This document shows, one piece after another, positions 1 through 14,300 of a stretch of 64,000 bases of DNA. The notes under the pieces were generated by a model that was not told where the DNA came from, ran no database searches, and worked only from the letters and a program-made list of their open reading frames with translations. This DNA is from Macrostomum lignano (taxonomy: Eukaryota). How positions within the stretch are numbered: the first letter of the stretch is position 1; each line of letters begins with the position of its first letter. A program made the translations under genes and the position numbers. Location: assembly GCA_002269645.1 (NCBI GenBank), contig NIVC01001115.1:373403-437402 (forward strand). The letters run 5' to 3'.

Positions 1-745
1 ATGCGCAGGGGGATTCCCAAATGATGGGTAATAAACCGAGGGGAATTCACCAGTGATGGGTAATAAACCGAGGGGAATTCACCAATGATGGGTAATAAAC
101 CGAGGGGAATTCCGCAGTGATGGGTAATAAACCGAGGGGAATTCCGCAGTGATGGGTAATAAACCGAGGGGAATTCACCAATGATGGGTAATAAGCCGAG
201 GGGAATTCCGCAGTGATTGGTAATAAACTGAAGGGAATTCACCAATGATGGGTAATAAGCCGAGGGGAATTCCGCAGTGATTGGTAATAAACTGAAGGGA
301 ATTCACCAATGATGGGTAATAAACCGAGGGGAATTCCGCAGTGATGGGTAATAAACCGAGGGGAATTCCGCAGTGATGGGTAATAAACCGAGGGGAATTC
401 ACCAATGATGGGTAATAAGCCGAGGGGAATTCCGCAGTGATTGGTAATAAACTGAAGGGAATTCACCAATGATGGGTAATAAGCCGAGGGGAATTCCGCA
501 GTGATTGGTAATAAACTGAAGGGAATTCACCAATGATGGGTAATAAGCCGAGGGGAATTCCGCAGTGATTGGTAATAAACTGAAGGGAATTCACCAATGA
601 TGGGTAATAAACCGAGGGGAATTCACCAATGATGGGTAATAAACCGAGGGGAATTCCGCAGTGATGGGTAATAAACTGAGGGGAATTCCCCAGTGATGTT
701 TAATAAGCCGAGGGGAAGTCCCTAGTGATGGGTAACAAACCGAAG
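1..745. repeat. 32-bp intronic minisatellite
   Basis: Unit GGGGAATTC(ACCAA/CGCAG)TGATGGGTAATAAACCGA, about 22 copies, ending just before the donor at 755. Confidence 0.95.
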
Positions 746-755
746 CCGTCCTCAC

Positions 756-3700
756 CGGTTTCCGCAGAATGGAGCTAGCAGACAGGGTGCCTGAAGAGGC
801 GGCAATTCTAGCAGTGATTGGATTTCCGCCAGCGCCGCCGGAAACGCTGAGAATCTTTGGCGGCTGATTGTTGAACTGTTGCTGCTGCTCCTGCTCAGGT
901 TGCAGACTATGCTGCTCGGGTGCTGCAGACTGCTGACGCGGCTGGGTCATGAGTCTCACTTGGGCTAGCTGAGTTGGCTTCAGCTGCTGAGGCCGTTGCG
1001 GCGGAGGCGGAGGCGGCTGTTGCGGCGGTTTCGGCTGGGCGATCTCGCACAGCTTCTCGTTGTCACGCAGATTGCGCAACGCTTTAACCATTCTAGTCTG
1101 ATAATAGATCACCTCCCACAGGTGGAGGTCCTTCTCTTTGATCCATTCCTCCTGGGTTTGGCTGCGAGTCTCCCTGGGTTGTTTGGTTCGGAGTGCGATT
1201 GATCGATTCGGGGGGATTGCACAAGGGAGACGATTTTCCTTATTGTCATAGGTGGATTTCCCTTATTGTCATAGGTGGATTTCCCTTATTGTCATAGGGG
1301 GATTTTCCTTGTCATAGGGGGATTTCCCTTATTGTCATAGGTGGATTTCCCTTATTGTCATAGGGGGATTTTCCTTGTCATAGGGGGATTTCCCTTATTG
1401 TCATAGGTGGATTTCCCTTATTGTCATAGGGGGATTTTCCTTGTCATAGGGGGATTTCCCTTATTGTCATAGGAGGATTTCCCTTATTGTCATAGGATTT
1501 CCCTTATTGTCATAGGAGGATTTCCCTTATTGTCATAGGAGGATTTCCCTTATTGTCATAGGAGGATTTCCCTTATTGTCATAGGGAGATTTTCTTATAG
1601 TCACGGGGGATTTTTTTATTGTCATGGGTGAATTCCTTATTGCCGTCAGGACCGATTTTCCTAATCTGCACCCTCAGTCAAACCTGTAAGCTCCGGCGCC
1701 TCGATTGCCTCGATTTCGACGTCGCCGACTTCCGCCGCCGGCCCTGCCGCCGCCAAGACCGGGCATCCAGTCTTCATCGCCGGATTCGGCGCCAGCTCCG
1801 TCCTCGTCGTCCATCAGGCAGTCGTCGGCGCCCTGCAGAGCGGCTGCGTAGCGGCCAATGGCTGGCACGCTGGTGACAATTGTCTTCTCAATCAGGTAGC
1901 GATAGCTGAGGCCGCAACTGTCCAGCTGCTGGTGGCCGCGGACTACCCGGGTCACCTGCCAGGTTGCCGGGGGGGGGGGGGGGTTGAGCAAACTTTGAGC
2001 AAACTAAGCTGCAGATGGCACTGAAGCAGCTGAGGGAACAGCTGCAGATGGCACTGAAGCAGCTAAGGGAACAGCTGCAGATGGCACTGAAGCAGCTGAG
2101 GGAACAGCTGTAGATGGCACTGAAGCAGCTGAGGGAACAGCTGTAGATGGCACTGAAGCAGCTGAGGTGACAGCTGCAGATGGCACTGAAGCAGCTGAGG
2201 GAACAGCTGCAGATGACACTGAAGCAGCTGAGGTGACAGCTGCAGATGGCACTGAAGCAGCTGAGGGAACAGCTGCAGATGGCACTGAAGCAGCTGAGGT
2301 GACAGCTGCAGATGGCACTGAAGCAGCTGAGGTGACAGCTGCAGATGGCACTGAAGCAGCTGAGGGAACAGCTGCAGATGGCACTGAAGCAGCTGAGGGA
2401 ACAGCTGCAGATGGCACTGAAGCAGCTGAGGGAACAGCTGCAGATGGCACTGAAGCAGCTGAGGGAGGCACTGAAGCAGCTGAGGGAGGCACTGAAGCAG
2501 CTGAGGGAACAGCTGTAGATGGCACTGAGGGGAGCTAAGTCAGAGGGTAGGGGGACAGATTCAGCACTATTAGACCAATCAGCCCGAACATACCTGTTTC
2601 TTATCCTTAGCTGAGTCGCCAGCATTGCCAGCAGCCTGCGGCACTGTGTACTCGCCAGTCTCCTGATTGGCGCCGGGACAATCCGACCAGATCTCGTCCC
2701 AGGCCAAGCAGTGGTGCAGCATTCGAAAAGCAAATGCCAGGTTAAACACGGTAGGCTCAGACAGCAGACTGTTAAGCCAAACCGAACACACCGAAGGTCT
2801 AGGCGAAGGATAGGGCCACTTGCACAGGGCTGGCAGTTTTCGTTCGTAATTAAATCCGGGCAGCTCCCACCTGCCGGCCCGCCTGGCCAGCTTGGCCAGG
2901 TGCACCCGGGGCTGGTTGAAGATGCCGCTGGCTGAACGGTTGGACGGCGGAGGCTTCGGGCAGGCGTAGTGCTCGGGCACCGATATACTGACGCTGGTTG
3001 TCTGGGATTAACGCGAAGACAGGGATAAATCGGATAAATCGGAATAGGTTTAATGAATAATTCTTCTATTGATAATATGACATTTTAACAGCTAATTCTA
3101 GAAGATATTTCAAGCTGCCCTAATCCACTAAGCAGAATAATTGTATGCCGCTCAGACAGTGGATTAGTGCTCTTAGACAGTGGATTAGGGTTCTTAGACA
3201 GTGGATTAGGGTTCTTAGACAGTGGATTAGGGTTCTTAGACAGTGGATTAGTGCTCTTAGACAGTGGATTAGTGCTCTTAGACAGTGGATTAGTGCTCTT
3301 AGACAGTGGATTAGGGTTCTTAGACAGTGGATTAGGGTTCTTAGACAGTGGATTAGGGTTCTTAGACAGTGGATTAGGGTTCTTAGACAGTGGATTAGTG
3401 CTCTTAGACAGTGGATTAGTGCTCTTAGACAGTGGATTAGGGTTCTTAGACAGTGGATTAGGGTTCTTAGACAGTGGATTAGGGTTCTTAGACAGTGGAT
3501 TAGGGTTCTTAGACAGTGGATTAGCGTTCTTACACAGTGGATTATTGCTCTTGGACAGTGGATTAGCGTTCTTACACAGTGGATTATTGCTCTTGGACAG
3601 TGGATTAGTGCTCTCAGACAGTGGATTAGTGCTCTAAGACGGGGGATTAGTGCTCTTAAGCACTCTTAAGACACTCAGCATCCAATAGGGAAAATGCAAA

Positions 3701-6700
3701 ATTCTCACGTGATAAGCCGGCTCGCTAGTCGATCGAGTTTCTCCCGCCAGACAAGACAGAATCATCCGACACCTGGCTATGGACAGTTGCAACTCGCGAC
3801 ACCGATGCTCGATGGCTGCGTTAATCAGTGTGGCAGTAGCACGGACTCGAACAGGACCCTGCGGCACCGACATCACGGCAGACCGACGGCCGCCTCCGTG
3901 ACCAGCGGCGGCGCCAACGGTAGACGCCGATCGCATAGCCGCAGTCGAAGCTGTCGTGGCCAGCGATGTCGGCGTGGCCTGATGCTGCAGATGGCTGAAT
4001 GGGCCGCCGACACCGCCACCGGGTGTCAGACGGTTTCTAGGAAACAGCTGCTGCTGTGGCGGCAGCGGCACTGGCTGCGGCCTACTACGCTGAATAGAAG
4101 CCGGCTGCAGGTGCTGCTGGTGCCGCTGTAGCAACTGCTGCATCCCGACCCCGCCGCTTGCCTGCAGACCGTCCAGCGTCGCACTGCGCCTGGCTGAGAA
4201 TCCCTCGAACCGATCGTAGTCTTCCAGCTGCTGCTGCTGCTGCTGTCGCGGCGTGCCCATCGACTGCACGTGCACGTCGGAGCGTCGACCTCGCGGTCGC
4301 CCGCGGCCTCGACCCCGGCCCCGACCGCGGCCTCGGCCACCTGACGATGGCGTCATCTGGTGTAGCACGGTCGGCGTCACCCTCGGCCGCGGCCGTTTAC
4401 CATAGAAATCTTCAAAATCTTCGCCAATCTCGTCATCGTCATCGAAATCCATGCCGTCGTCGGTGTCGTTGAATTGGCGGCCTCTGCCGGCGCCGCCGAC
4501 GGGTCGCATCTGTGTCGGCGGGACAATTTTAAAACCGGACGAGGCCGACATCGGCGTAGGCGCCGGTCGAATCACTGACGGAGTCGCCGCCGCCGCCGAT
4601 GCCGATGACGACGAAGGCGGCGGGATTCTTACAACCGTGGCGACGCCGCCAGAGGCGCCGACGGAGCCTGGCAACCGCTTGACAACCAGATTAGTGGCTG
4701 CCGGCCCGCCCAGCACTAGTGGCACCTTGACTACTGAGCCGGGCGTTGAGCCCACAACTTTGAGTCCGCCGCCGCCGCCGCCACCCACGCCGCCGCCAAA
4801 ACGAATAACCTGAATTGATAGGAAGAATGCAAGCTACGTACATTTTAACGGGTCCAAAATATAAAAAATTAAAATATTCCTAATTGACTACTTTTCGATT
4901 TTTGGTCTTTCCTGTTAGTAGTGCACTGAGAGTATTGACAGCAAAATTTTGCTATAAAATTAGCTATTTTTATTAAAACGCACTATTAGCATTTGACCAA
5001 TCTGGCAAATACCTGAGACTGCTGCTGTTGCTGCATCTGCTGCTGCTCAGCAAACTCATCATAGTCGCTGTCGCCCTCTTCAAACTGAGGATCGTCATTA
5101 TCGTCATTGTCGCTGCTGCCGTAGCCGCCGCCATCGTACTGCGGCACTGTGCCAGTCGGTCTGGACACTCGGCCACCATTAGTCAGCAATTGCTGCTGTT
5201 GAAGCTGGTGCTGAGCCTGCATCAGTTGTTGCTGCTGTTGCTTCTGCGTGTCGCGTCGCTTTGCCAGGGTTTCTACTAGGGTGTCCAGCTCCTCGGTCAT
5301 GGCCTCGAGCCGGCGCTCCAGAGCCGGCACTTGGATGGCGTAGGAGCTGATGAGGGATTCGCGTTGGGCCAGCAGATTGTCCAGGGAGCAGCCGCTCGGT
5401 TTCCGCTTCGTCTGAGTGGCGGTGCCGCCCCGACGAGCGCTGCTCAGCCACATCCAGCCGTCGCCGGCGCGCAAACGAAATTCTTCGCCACTTTGACGGT
5501 AAACCTGCCAGAGAGGAGTTTATTGACTGATCAGCTAAACTCAGCAGCTGAGAATCTGGGAGTTTATTGACTGATCAGCTAAACTCAGCAGCTGAGGATC
5601 TGGGAGTTTATTGACTGATCAGCTGAGCCCAGCAACTGAGGGTCTGGGAAGCTGGGAGCCTAGCAACTGAGGGTCTGAGAGGCTGGCCCTAGCAACTGAG
5701 GATTTGGGAGACTGGCCCTAGCAACTGGGAATATGGGAGGCTGGCCCTAGAAACTGGGGATATGAGAGGCTGGCCCTAGCAACTGAGGATCTGGGAGGCT
5801 GGCCCTGTAATTGAGGATCTGGGAGGCTGGAGGCCTAGCGCAACTGGGGATCCAATGGTTTGTCAGTACTGTAAACAAGTTTCAAACCAGCTCGCTAGCC
5901 AGATATTCGTTCTCTTACCGAGTGCTTAATCGGCTTTCTATTCTTGGTGGGCACAACCGGAACAAAGTCAACGGCTGCATCCTGACCGGCCCAGGCAGAC
6001 GAGGCCACCGCGGAGGCCGAAGCAGCGGCAGCAGCAGCCTCCTTCTCGGCCTTTCGACCGCGTTTGTGCCTCTCCTTGTCGGCCGGGGTGATGTACACCA
6101 GATCGGTTAGCCCAACACCGTCAGCCCAGAAGTTAGCAAAGCAGACCCAACGAATGCACAGAGCGAACTGTATGAGCAGCCGGCCCAGCTGCCTGGGCGT
6201 CAGCTCATCATTGCTGTCATCGTCGCTAGAGTCGCCGACAAGCTCATCAAGCCAAGCCGGCCTCAGCCCGGCCCAGGAAGGGCACATAAAGCCGGTTGGG
6301 AATTCTTCGGCAAACCGGACGAGGCCTTTGCGCAGGGCGGCCAGAATTTCTCGTTCAGTGCCGATTTCACCGGATGCGTCAATCCAACGGAATGCGTCTA
6401 GGCAGACTTTGTAGCCGAGATGGCTGCGAGTGGCGAAGGATTGCGACGGGAAAAGTAATAAAAAGAGCATTTAAACTATAATTTAGTAACAACTCAGACA
6501 CGGAGTCTCATGCTAGATGCTTATATTTCTCAGTTGACCTTAACTGACCCTAGTTTATTCACAAGTTCTATATTGACCTTAATTGACCCCTAGATAATCA
6601 CGTAGCCTTAGTTGACCCCTAGAGTATCCTGTAACCTTAGTTAACCCCTAGATCATCACATAACCTTAGTTGACCCCTAGATCATCACATAACCTTAGTT

Positions 6701-9700
6701 GACCCCTAGATCATCACATAACCTTAGTTAACCCCTAGATCATCACGTAACCTTAGTTGACCCCTAGATCATCACGTAGCCTTAGTTGACCCCTAGATCA
6801 TCATGAACCTTAGTTGACCCCTAGATCATCACATAACCTTAGTTGACCCCTAGATCATCACGTAGCCTTAGTTGACCCCTAGATCATCATGAACCTTATT
6901 TGACCCCTAGATCATCACATAACCTTAGTTGACCCCTAGATCATCATGAACCTTAGTTGACCCCTAGATCATCACATAACCTTAGTTGACCCCTAGATCA
7001 TCATGAACCTTAGTTGACCCCTAGATCATCACATAACCTTAGTTGACCCCTAGATCATCACATAACCTTAGTTGACCCCTGGATCATCACATAACCTTTG
7101 ACCCCTAGATCATCATGAACCTTAGTTGACCCCTAGATCATCAGGTAGCCTTAGTTGACCCCTAGATCATCACATAACCTTAGTTGACCCCTAGATCATC
7201 ACATAACTTTAGTTGACCCCTAGATTATCACATAACCTTAGTTGACCCCTAGATCATCACATAACCTTTGACCCCTAGATCATCATGTAACCTTAGTTGA
7301 CCCCTAGATCATCATGTAACCTTAGTTGACCCCTAGATCATCACATAACCTTAGTTGACCCCTAGATCATCATGAACCTTAGTTGACCCCTAGATCATCA
7401 CATAACCTTAGTTGACCCCTAGATCATCATGAACCTTAGTTGACCCCTAGATCATCACATAACCTTAGTTGACCCCTAGATCATCACATAACCTTTGACC
7501 CCTAGATCATCATGTAACCTTAGTTGACCCCTAGATCATCATGTAACCTTAGTTGACCCCTAGATCATCGCATAACCTTTGACCCCTAGATCATCATGAA
7601 CCTTAGTTGACCCCTAGATCATCACGTAACCTTAGTTGACCCCTAGATCATCACATAACCTTAGTTGACCCCTAGATCATCACATAACCTTAGTTGACCC
7701 CTAGATCATCACATAACCTTAGTTGACCCCTAGATCATCAATTAGCCTTAGTTGACCCCTAGATCAATAAGACCGTAGATGACTCCTACATATCAGTTGA
7801 ACCCACAAACGCAAACACACCAGACAAACACCTACCGTTTTCTATTCTCCTCTTCGGCCAGTTGCTGTTTACTCAAAGCCCTCTCGTCCGAGCTGTACGC
7901 GTTACTATAGCGACGATAATTAGCGCCGAGTTCTTCACCAGCCGTTGATCCGCCTAGCGCTGCCATCTGCTGAGACATCTGATCGCGACAAGAATTCAAT
8001 CGCTTAAGCAAACGCTTCTCCCGAGACGAACTAAGCGCGCCAATCACCCGGTCCAGCTGTTCAGCGTCGCTATAGTACACCAGATCGTCGGTTTCGGGAT
8101 CTTCGACAAACAGTCGGCGAACGGAGAACCAGTACAACCGGCCCGCCCTGTCCCGGCCTAGAGCACGCCGCCTATGCGAGTAGTACTGAGCAGTGTGCTC
8201 CTGGGGGTCGCGGCAGTCCGTCACCCCTTTGACAGAGGTGCGAACGCATACGGGGCATTGCCAGTCGTCTTCTGGCACTTCAGTGATTGGCGGATCCAAA
8301 CAGTACAGGTGATAAACTGCAGGGCAGGACTCGCAGCAGAGCAGATCGCCTACCTGCGTGAATTAGCGGCATAGTTTGGTGTTGTGAATGAAATACCATT
8401 AAGAATCGTGAATGCAATACCCTTGAGAATCGTGAATGAAATGCTCTTGGAAATCGTGAATGAAATGCTCTTGGAAATCGTGAATGAAATGCTCTTGGAA
8501 ATCGTGAATGAAATGCTCTTAAAAATCGTGAATGAAATACCCTTGAGAATCGTCAATGAAATACCCTTGAGAATCGAATAAAATACCTTGAGAATCGTGA
8601 ATGAGAATACCCTTGTGAATCGAATGAAATACCTTGAGAATCGTGAATGAGAATACCCTTGTGAATCGAATGAAATACCCTTGAGAATCGTGAATGAGAA
8701 TACCGTTGTGAATCGAATGAAATACCTTGAGAATCGTGAATGAGAATACCCTTGTGAATCGAATGAAATACCCTTGAGAATCGTGAATGAGAATACCGTT
8801 GTGAATCGTGAATGAAATACCCTTGAGAATCGTGAATGAAATACCCTTGTGAATCGTGAATGAAATACCCCTGTGAATCGTGAATGAAATACCCTTGAGA
8901 ATCGTGAATGAAATACCCTTGTGAATCGTGAATGAAATACCCCTGTGAATCGTGAATGAAATACCCTTGAGAATCGTGAATGAGAATACCCTGTGAATCG
9001 AATGAAATACCTTAAGAATCGTGAATGAGAATACCCTTGAGAATCGTGAATGAAATACCCTTGTGAATCGTGAATGAAATACCCCTGTGAATCGTGAATG
9101 AAATACCCTTGAGAATCGTGAATGAAATACCCTTGTGAATCGTGAATGAAATACCCCTGTGAATCGTGAATGAAATACCCTTGAGAATCGTGAATGAGAA
9201 TACCCTGTGAATCGAATGAAATACCTTAAGAATCGTGAATGAGAATACCCTTGAGAATCGTGAATGAAATACCCTTGTGAATCGTGAATGAAATACCCTT
9301 GAGAATCGTGAATGTAATACCCCTGAAAAGCACAAAGCTTACCTTGCCGCACACTCTGCAATGGTCCTCGTATCGCATTCTAACGTCCTCTTTAAGCATC
9401 TCCTCGCGAACCGCGCCGCTCTGGACAAACAGATCGCACAGATCGCGCAGCACCCGAACTCGAATATCTGCGCTAGCCAATGGATAGCCAGGTGACACGT
9501 AACCCAGCTGGCCATTGGGCAGGGCACGGGCGTACATGTGGAACAGGGAGGGCCAGGTCGAGCGGCCCAATAGTAAATATTGATAGAAGCTAAGGCAGGC
9601 GTTTTGATCCGCGTAGCATAGCATTACCTGGGAAATGGGATGTTATAGAAGTTGAGAGACAAGAGAGTTAAGAAATGAGATGATATTGCAGTGGTAGGAG

Positions 9701-10699
9701 CTGAAATATGGGTGAGATGAGAGATGAGAATTAGAGATAAGATAGGCAAGGTGAGAGAATACAAGAGGTAGGCAATTGAGGTTGGAGGTGATAAATGAGT
9801 TGGGAGAGATGAGAGATGTCAAGATAAGAGAGGTGAGAGAAAGGAGGGTTGTGAGATAGCAGATAGTATATAGAATTAGATAGGTGAGAGTAGATGGGAG
9901 CTGGGAGAGATGAGAGACGGGAGTGGTGAGAGATATGAGACATGAGAGATTGGAGAGTTGAGAGATTGGAGTGGTGAGAGATAGGAGAAATGAGAGATGG
10001 GAGTGGTGAGAGATAAGAGATGGGAGTGGTGAGAGATGGGAGAGATGAGAGATTGGAGTGGTGGGAGATGAGAGATAAGAGTGGTGGGAGATGAGAGATG
10101 GGAGTAGTGGGAGATGAGAGATGGGAGTGGTGAGAGATGAGAGATAGGGGAGGGGAGAGATGGGAGATTTGAGATGGAACATGTGATAGACGAAAGATGA
10201 GGAGAGATGAGAGAACAGTGATCAAGAGGGGTTGAGATGTACAAAGAGTTGAATATATATTAAAATTCAAGGTAAAATAATAGTTATCAAGCGTGACTCA
10301 CCTGAGAAGATTCGTCACTTTTAAGCAGGGCCCGCAGCAGGCAGATATGAATCTCCGCTAGCAGAGCGGAATTCTCGCCAGTAGCCGTCAGGGCGGCAAC
10401 GAACTCTTCGTAATGGAAGCAGGCCAATCGCAGGACGGAGGAGAAATGCCTGAGAGTCTCGTAAACTCCAACCGATGACATAATCAGGTAGCGAGGAAAC
10501 TGGATGTCATTTGATGACGCTGGCAATTCCAATTCATCGCTGATCTCTGTCGGCAATTCGTCCACCTCCTCTTCGTCGTCTTCATCTTCGTCAATGGCGC
10601 TGGTGGCGGCTGTGGCGGAGCCGCCAATGTCGGCAGCCGCATTGCTGTCATCCTGGCCAAGTGCACTGCCGCTCGCGGCTGGACTGGGCAGGTCATTGT
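756..10699 (-). CDS. BPTF: BPTF/NURF301 chromatin-remodelling subunit, partial (DDT, PHD1, WHIM/WSD region). The 5' exon was not located and the 3' part continues beyond the left edge.
   Basis: Hand-spliced exons (minus strand): 10302-10699, 9343-9627, 7836-8353, 5919-6423, 5013-5504, 3709-4809, 2594-3001, 1684-1955, 756-1173. All junctions are GT-AG with matching phases; the 1173 acceptor is the weakest. Motifs: DDT (VYETLRHFSSVLRLACFHYEEFVAAL..LAEIHICLLRALL), PHD (YEDHCRVCGK|VGDLLCCESCPAVYHLYCLDPPITEVPEDDWQCPVC), GRDRAGRLYWFSVRRLFVE, KHS|VYRQSGEEFR, WPYPSPRP, EEWIKEKDLHLWEV. The order is colinear with BPTF as I recall it. Confidence 0.93.
1232..1625. repeat. About 21-24-bp intronic minisatellite
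   Basis: Unit GGATTTCCCTTATTGTCATAGG(A/G/T), in a BPTF intron. Confidence 0.92.
2004..2535. repeat. 33-bp intronic minisatellite
   Basis: Unit GCAGATGGCACTGAAGCAGCTGAGGGAACAGCT, about 16 copies. It produces spurious ORFs. Confidence 0.95.
3150..3665. repeat. 21-bp intronic minisatellite
   Basis: Unit GACAGTGGATTAGGGTTCTTA, about 24 copies. Confidence 0.95.
5520..5850. repeat. Degenerate ~29-bp intronic minisatellite
   Basis: Unit close to CTGGCCCTAGCAACTGAGGATCTGGGAGG. Confidence 0.8.
6530..7770. repeat. 29-bp intronic minisatellite
   Basis: Unit CTTAGTTGACCCCTAGATCATCACATAAC, about 42 copies. Confidence 0.95.
8385..9325. repeat. ~24-bp intronic minisatellite
   Basis: Unit GAATCGTGAATGAAATACCCTTG(A/T). 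It splits the PHD finger exons. Confidence 0.95.
9650..10215. repeat. Purine-rich low-complexity intronic repeat
   Basis: GAGATGAGAGATGGGAGTGGT-type degenerate units. Confidence 0.8.
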
Positions 10700-11014
10700 C
10701 TGCATGTAAGGGGGTGGGCGTCGATTATTAAATGTATGCTTAGTAGAGATTTCTAACTACTTTTTCAATGGACTTAAATTTGCAGCATAATATCTGGATT
10801 ATTTCAATTTTATAGGACTAAATAATATATAGAAAAATACAAGGTAAACATGCTGCTGTTTAAATTTAGCATTGGTTGAACTAGCTCTCACCTAACTATA
10901 AGCATAGGTTTTAGGTTTTTTATTATCATTTTATAATAATAGACTTACAGACAAAAATTATGTTTGCATGTCAGAAGTAATAAGATGATATCAAATACAA
11001 ATGTGTAAATGCTA

Positions 11015-11324
11015 CATACATGCGCAACTGCTAGCCAATTTGGCCACTGTGAATTGTGGTAGACCAAGTCACAAAAATGCCACCCCCAAAAATACAGACA
11101 TGAGATTTGTCTGTATTTAGTCTTTTTTTGTCTGTATCTAAATGTAGTACTAATTAGATCACAAGTCAATTAGCCTTAATAAAATAGTTCATAGTTACTC
11201 ATGCTGTTTACCCACAATTGCATTAATTTTGGCTTTAACATAAACTTCTTTCATAGGTGAGTTGCATTTTTGGTCAAAAAGTAAGTTGCACAGCCAGTGT
11301 AAATCAGGGGGTTGCACATATATG
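11015..11324 (-). mobile_element. Old, diverged copy of the MITE at 17969-18267, in inverted orientation
   Basis: Ends are CATACATGCGCAAC ... GTTGCACATATATG. Internal AAGTCACAAAAATGCCACCCCCAAAAATA and GTTGCATTTTTGGTCAAAAA match the reverse complement of the young copy. The TSD is eroded. Confidence 0.75.
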
Positions 11325-14300
11325 CGATACTATATCACAAAATGCTATATATATTTAAATTGTTTAAAGGACTAAGTATATTTTGTATATAGTTGATTAA
11401 TTTATATAGCTTTACTATTTCAAAACTACAATTTACCTTTGTTTTAAACTTTAATCCCATATTAGAAAATGTCATTTTTGTGACCTATCAATTGCTGCAG
11501 TTTTTAGATAGACCCCTTTGGCAACACAGCACAGTGCAATAAAAAGGGGAAAACGTGGCATTTTATAGCAAAAAGAACAAAAAGGAATGATGCAGTGCAG
11601 CATATCATTTTTTTTGCTTGTGATAGATTTAGATACAATAGGTCCTAGCATAACTAAGCATACAAATGGCATATGCCACAAGTATAGAAGCCAAGTAAAT
11701 ATTTCTAAATAAGAAATGATACAACTAAAAAAAATATAAAAAATAGAAACAATGACAAGAAAGATATAAATATACGCTCATATTCTATAAATTGTTAAAA
11801 ACATTATTAACGGCATGTAAATATAAAAAAATGATTGATACTATAACCTTCTTTGTATACTGGCTGATTTTTGTCTATAGCTTAGGCAATGCTATAGGGT
11901 CTAATAAGACAATTAAAAAAACCCAAAAGTGAAAATAGGTAAAAACAGGTGTTGCTTTTTTTAGATAACAAAACTTTATATAAAAAATTAAATGCAAGAA
12001 TATAAAAAAGAGAAAATTATCTGATTAAAAAGTAAGTATATAACAAACGAAAAATACACTAAAAGTTATATGCTTTTAAAGCTTTCTATTTTATAAGAAA
12101 AATTGTGACTTTTAGTAGAAAAAATAGATCATGAAAATGTTGCATATATAGTGTATTAAACATCAATTAAATTAAAAAAAGCATTTTGGAAATAAATAGA
12201 AACTAAAGTAGAAAATAATAAATAAATAATACAATTTACAAGGAGAACAAAAATAAAATAACATTATTTTGGCAAAAAACAAATGCTTTTAAGTTTTTTA
12301 TATCTAAAAAACATAATCATTAAAAAAGTTAACATACAAGCAATTTTTTGCTTTGTATGATTTTTTTTATTTATATTGGCATAAAAAAACAAATGTTTAT
12401 TTTTTGGTTTATCCTTTTTATGTTCTTGATGACTATGGCTAAAGGCTTATAGTCAGGTTTTTTTGTGCGAAGAGTCTGCGTATGTACCCTAAATTTTAAA
12501 ATCGCACCCTGAAATTAAAAAAGTAGGTGCGGTTTAGGTGCGGTCTTATAACCATTTTTCTTTAAAGGCTTAACCATGCTTAAGCTATTTTTCATGCACT
12601 GCCTTAAAATATGAAACAAAATAACTCTTTAAATCCTATTAAGTCATATAGTCTATGGCTATAGCCTTATGTAAGATATTAAAATATATGAAAAATTATA
12701 TAAAAATCATATGATCTTTGATCACATTAAATTTGGCCTTTTTAATCAATGATGAATGATGATAATTTATCTAGTATATTAGTATAAACTTCAACTTTTT
12801 TAATTTTGACATCTTCACTCTTGACTCTTCAGAGTCTTCACTCTTTCTTAGAATGTTAAGTATGAGTTAAGCGGTAGCCTTGTGTTTATTTAGTTGTATA
12901 TATAATCTATAGACATAATACAAATGCAAATTATAAGAATCTAAAGGTCTATCTAATCATAAGCTCTACTGAAGTAAAGTATTAAATTCAAGTTCATAAA
13001 TTTATCATATTCATAATCTAATAGCATAAGGCTTATATCCACAATTAAATCATAGATAATCAATAGGCCTAGAATAGATAAATAAAATCAATAGATAGAC
13101 TATCTATAAGGACTGATACCAATTTCTATTGTTTGTGTAGTAGGTAATTATAAGTTAAAGTTATCAATCATAAATTATAAGTCAAAAAGACTGTTAGAGT
13201 CTGGATATAACATAATCAGTGAGCTTTTATTGCAAAAATGTTTGAGTAGGCAGTAGGCCCAAATTACATTTACTTTATTTTTTTATTTTTAGTATAAGTA
13301 ATTATTTACAATTATTATAAAATTATTGTAAATGAGGAAGGGCTCTTGTAATACAGTATAAATGCTTTTAAAAACTATTTGTTGCTACATTTTGTTTCTT
13401 AGAAAACTCTTTTTCAAATCTGCGCAAAAATACGATTACTTTGTTTAAATGTTATGAGTTGTGAAAATATTCTCGCGATTAGTTTTTGTTAAAAATTATA
13501 CTGAATCTTAGTATAAATAGAAGCCCCGAATGGGCCAGGAAGACCAACTTGTTTGTGTGCTCTAGCAGCAAAGCTTTTAATAGCTAAAACTTGATAAGAA
13601 AAACTGTTCAAAGTGACTTATTCATTTTTATAGTAAAGACCCCTATATTGGGAGAGTTCAGGACTGCTAAAAAGCGAGAAATCACCTTAGGGCAGTAATT
13701 GTAAATTTGTCTCAGGGCAGGAGAATCACCTCATAGCGAGAGAAGATTGCCTCAGGGCAGGGAAAATATAAAGCTGTGACCCTCTGATCCCGGGAATGCC
13801 AGGACTGAGAGACTAAGAATTAGACAGTGCCAATAGACCACTTAGGCTAAAAGTAGAAGTAGATAAGTAGACACTACCAATAGAAGTAGATAAGTAGATG
13901 CAATCAATAGAAGTAGATAAGTAGATGCTACCAATAATAGTACATTTATGCAAAGGTACATTAAGTAAAGAAATAGAAGTTTAACATTAGCACAACTTAA
14001 TAACTTATTGATAGTAATTATTAACAATAAACATTGTTACAACTTTAGTACCAACAGTGAGATAACTAAAGAGGGAAGCAAAGCCCTGTTACAACTTTGG
14101 TGGCAGCTTTAGGACATTTAATAATAGGAATTAGAAAAGTAGCCCTAGAACAACTGGTTGCAGTGGCGGGATAACTTCAATGAGAGCAACCATGCCTGTT
14201 ACAGCTGGTGGCTAACCGGTGGGATTTCAGCTGGATAGAGTACAGGAACACCCACTGTTACAGCTAGTGTCAGCAGTTGGGATTTAAATAGAGAGAACCA

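Noticed and set aside
1-745. 32-bp direct repeats as a CRISPR array (also the 29-33-bp arrays elsewhere)
   Set aside because: The units are head-to-tail with no unique spacers, there are no cas genes, and the context is a eukaryotic intron.
3694-6414. Plus-strand ORFs opposite the BPTF exons
   Set aside because: Shadow ORFs of GC-rich exons.
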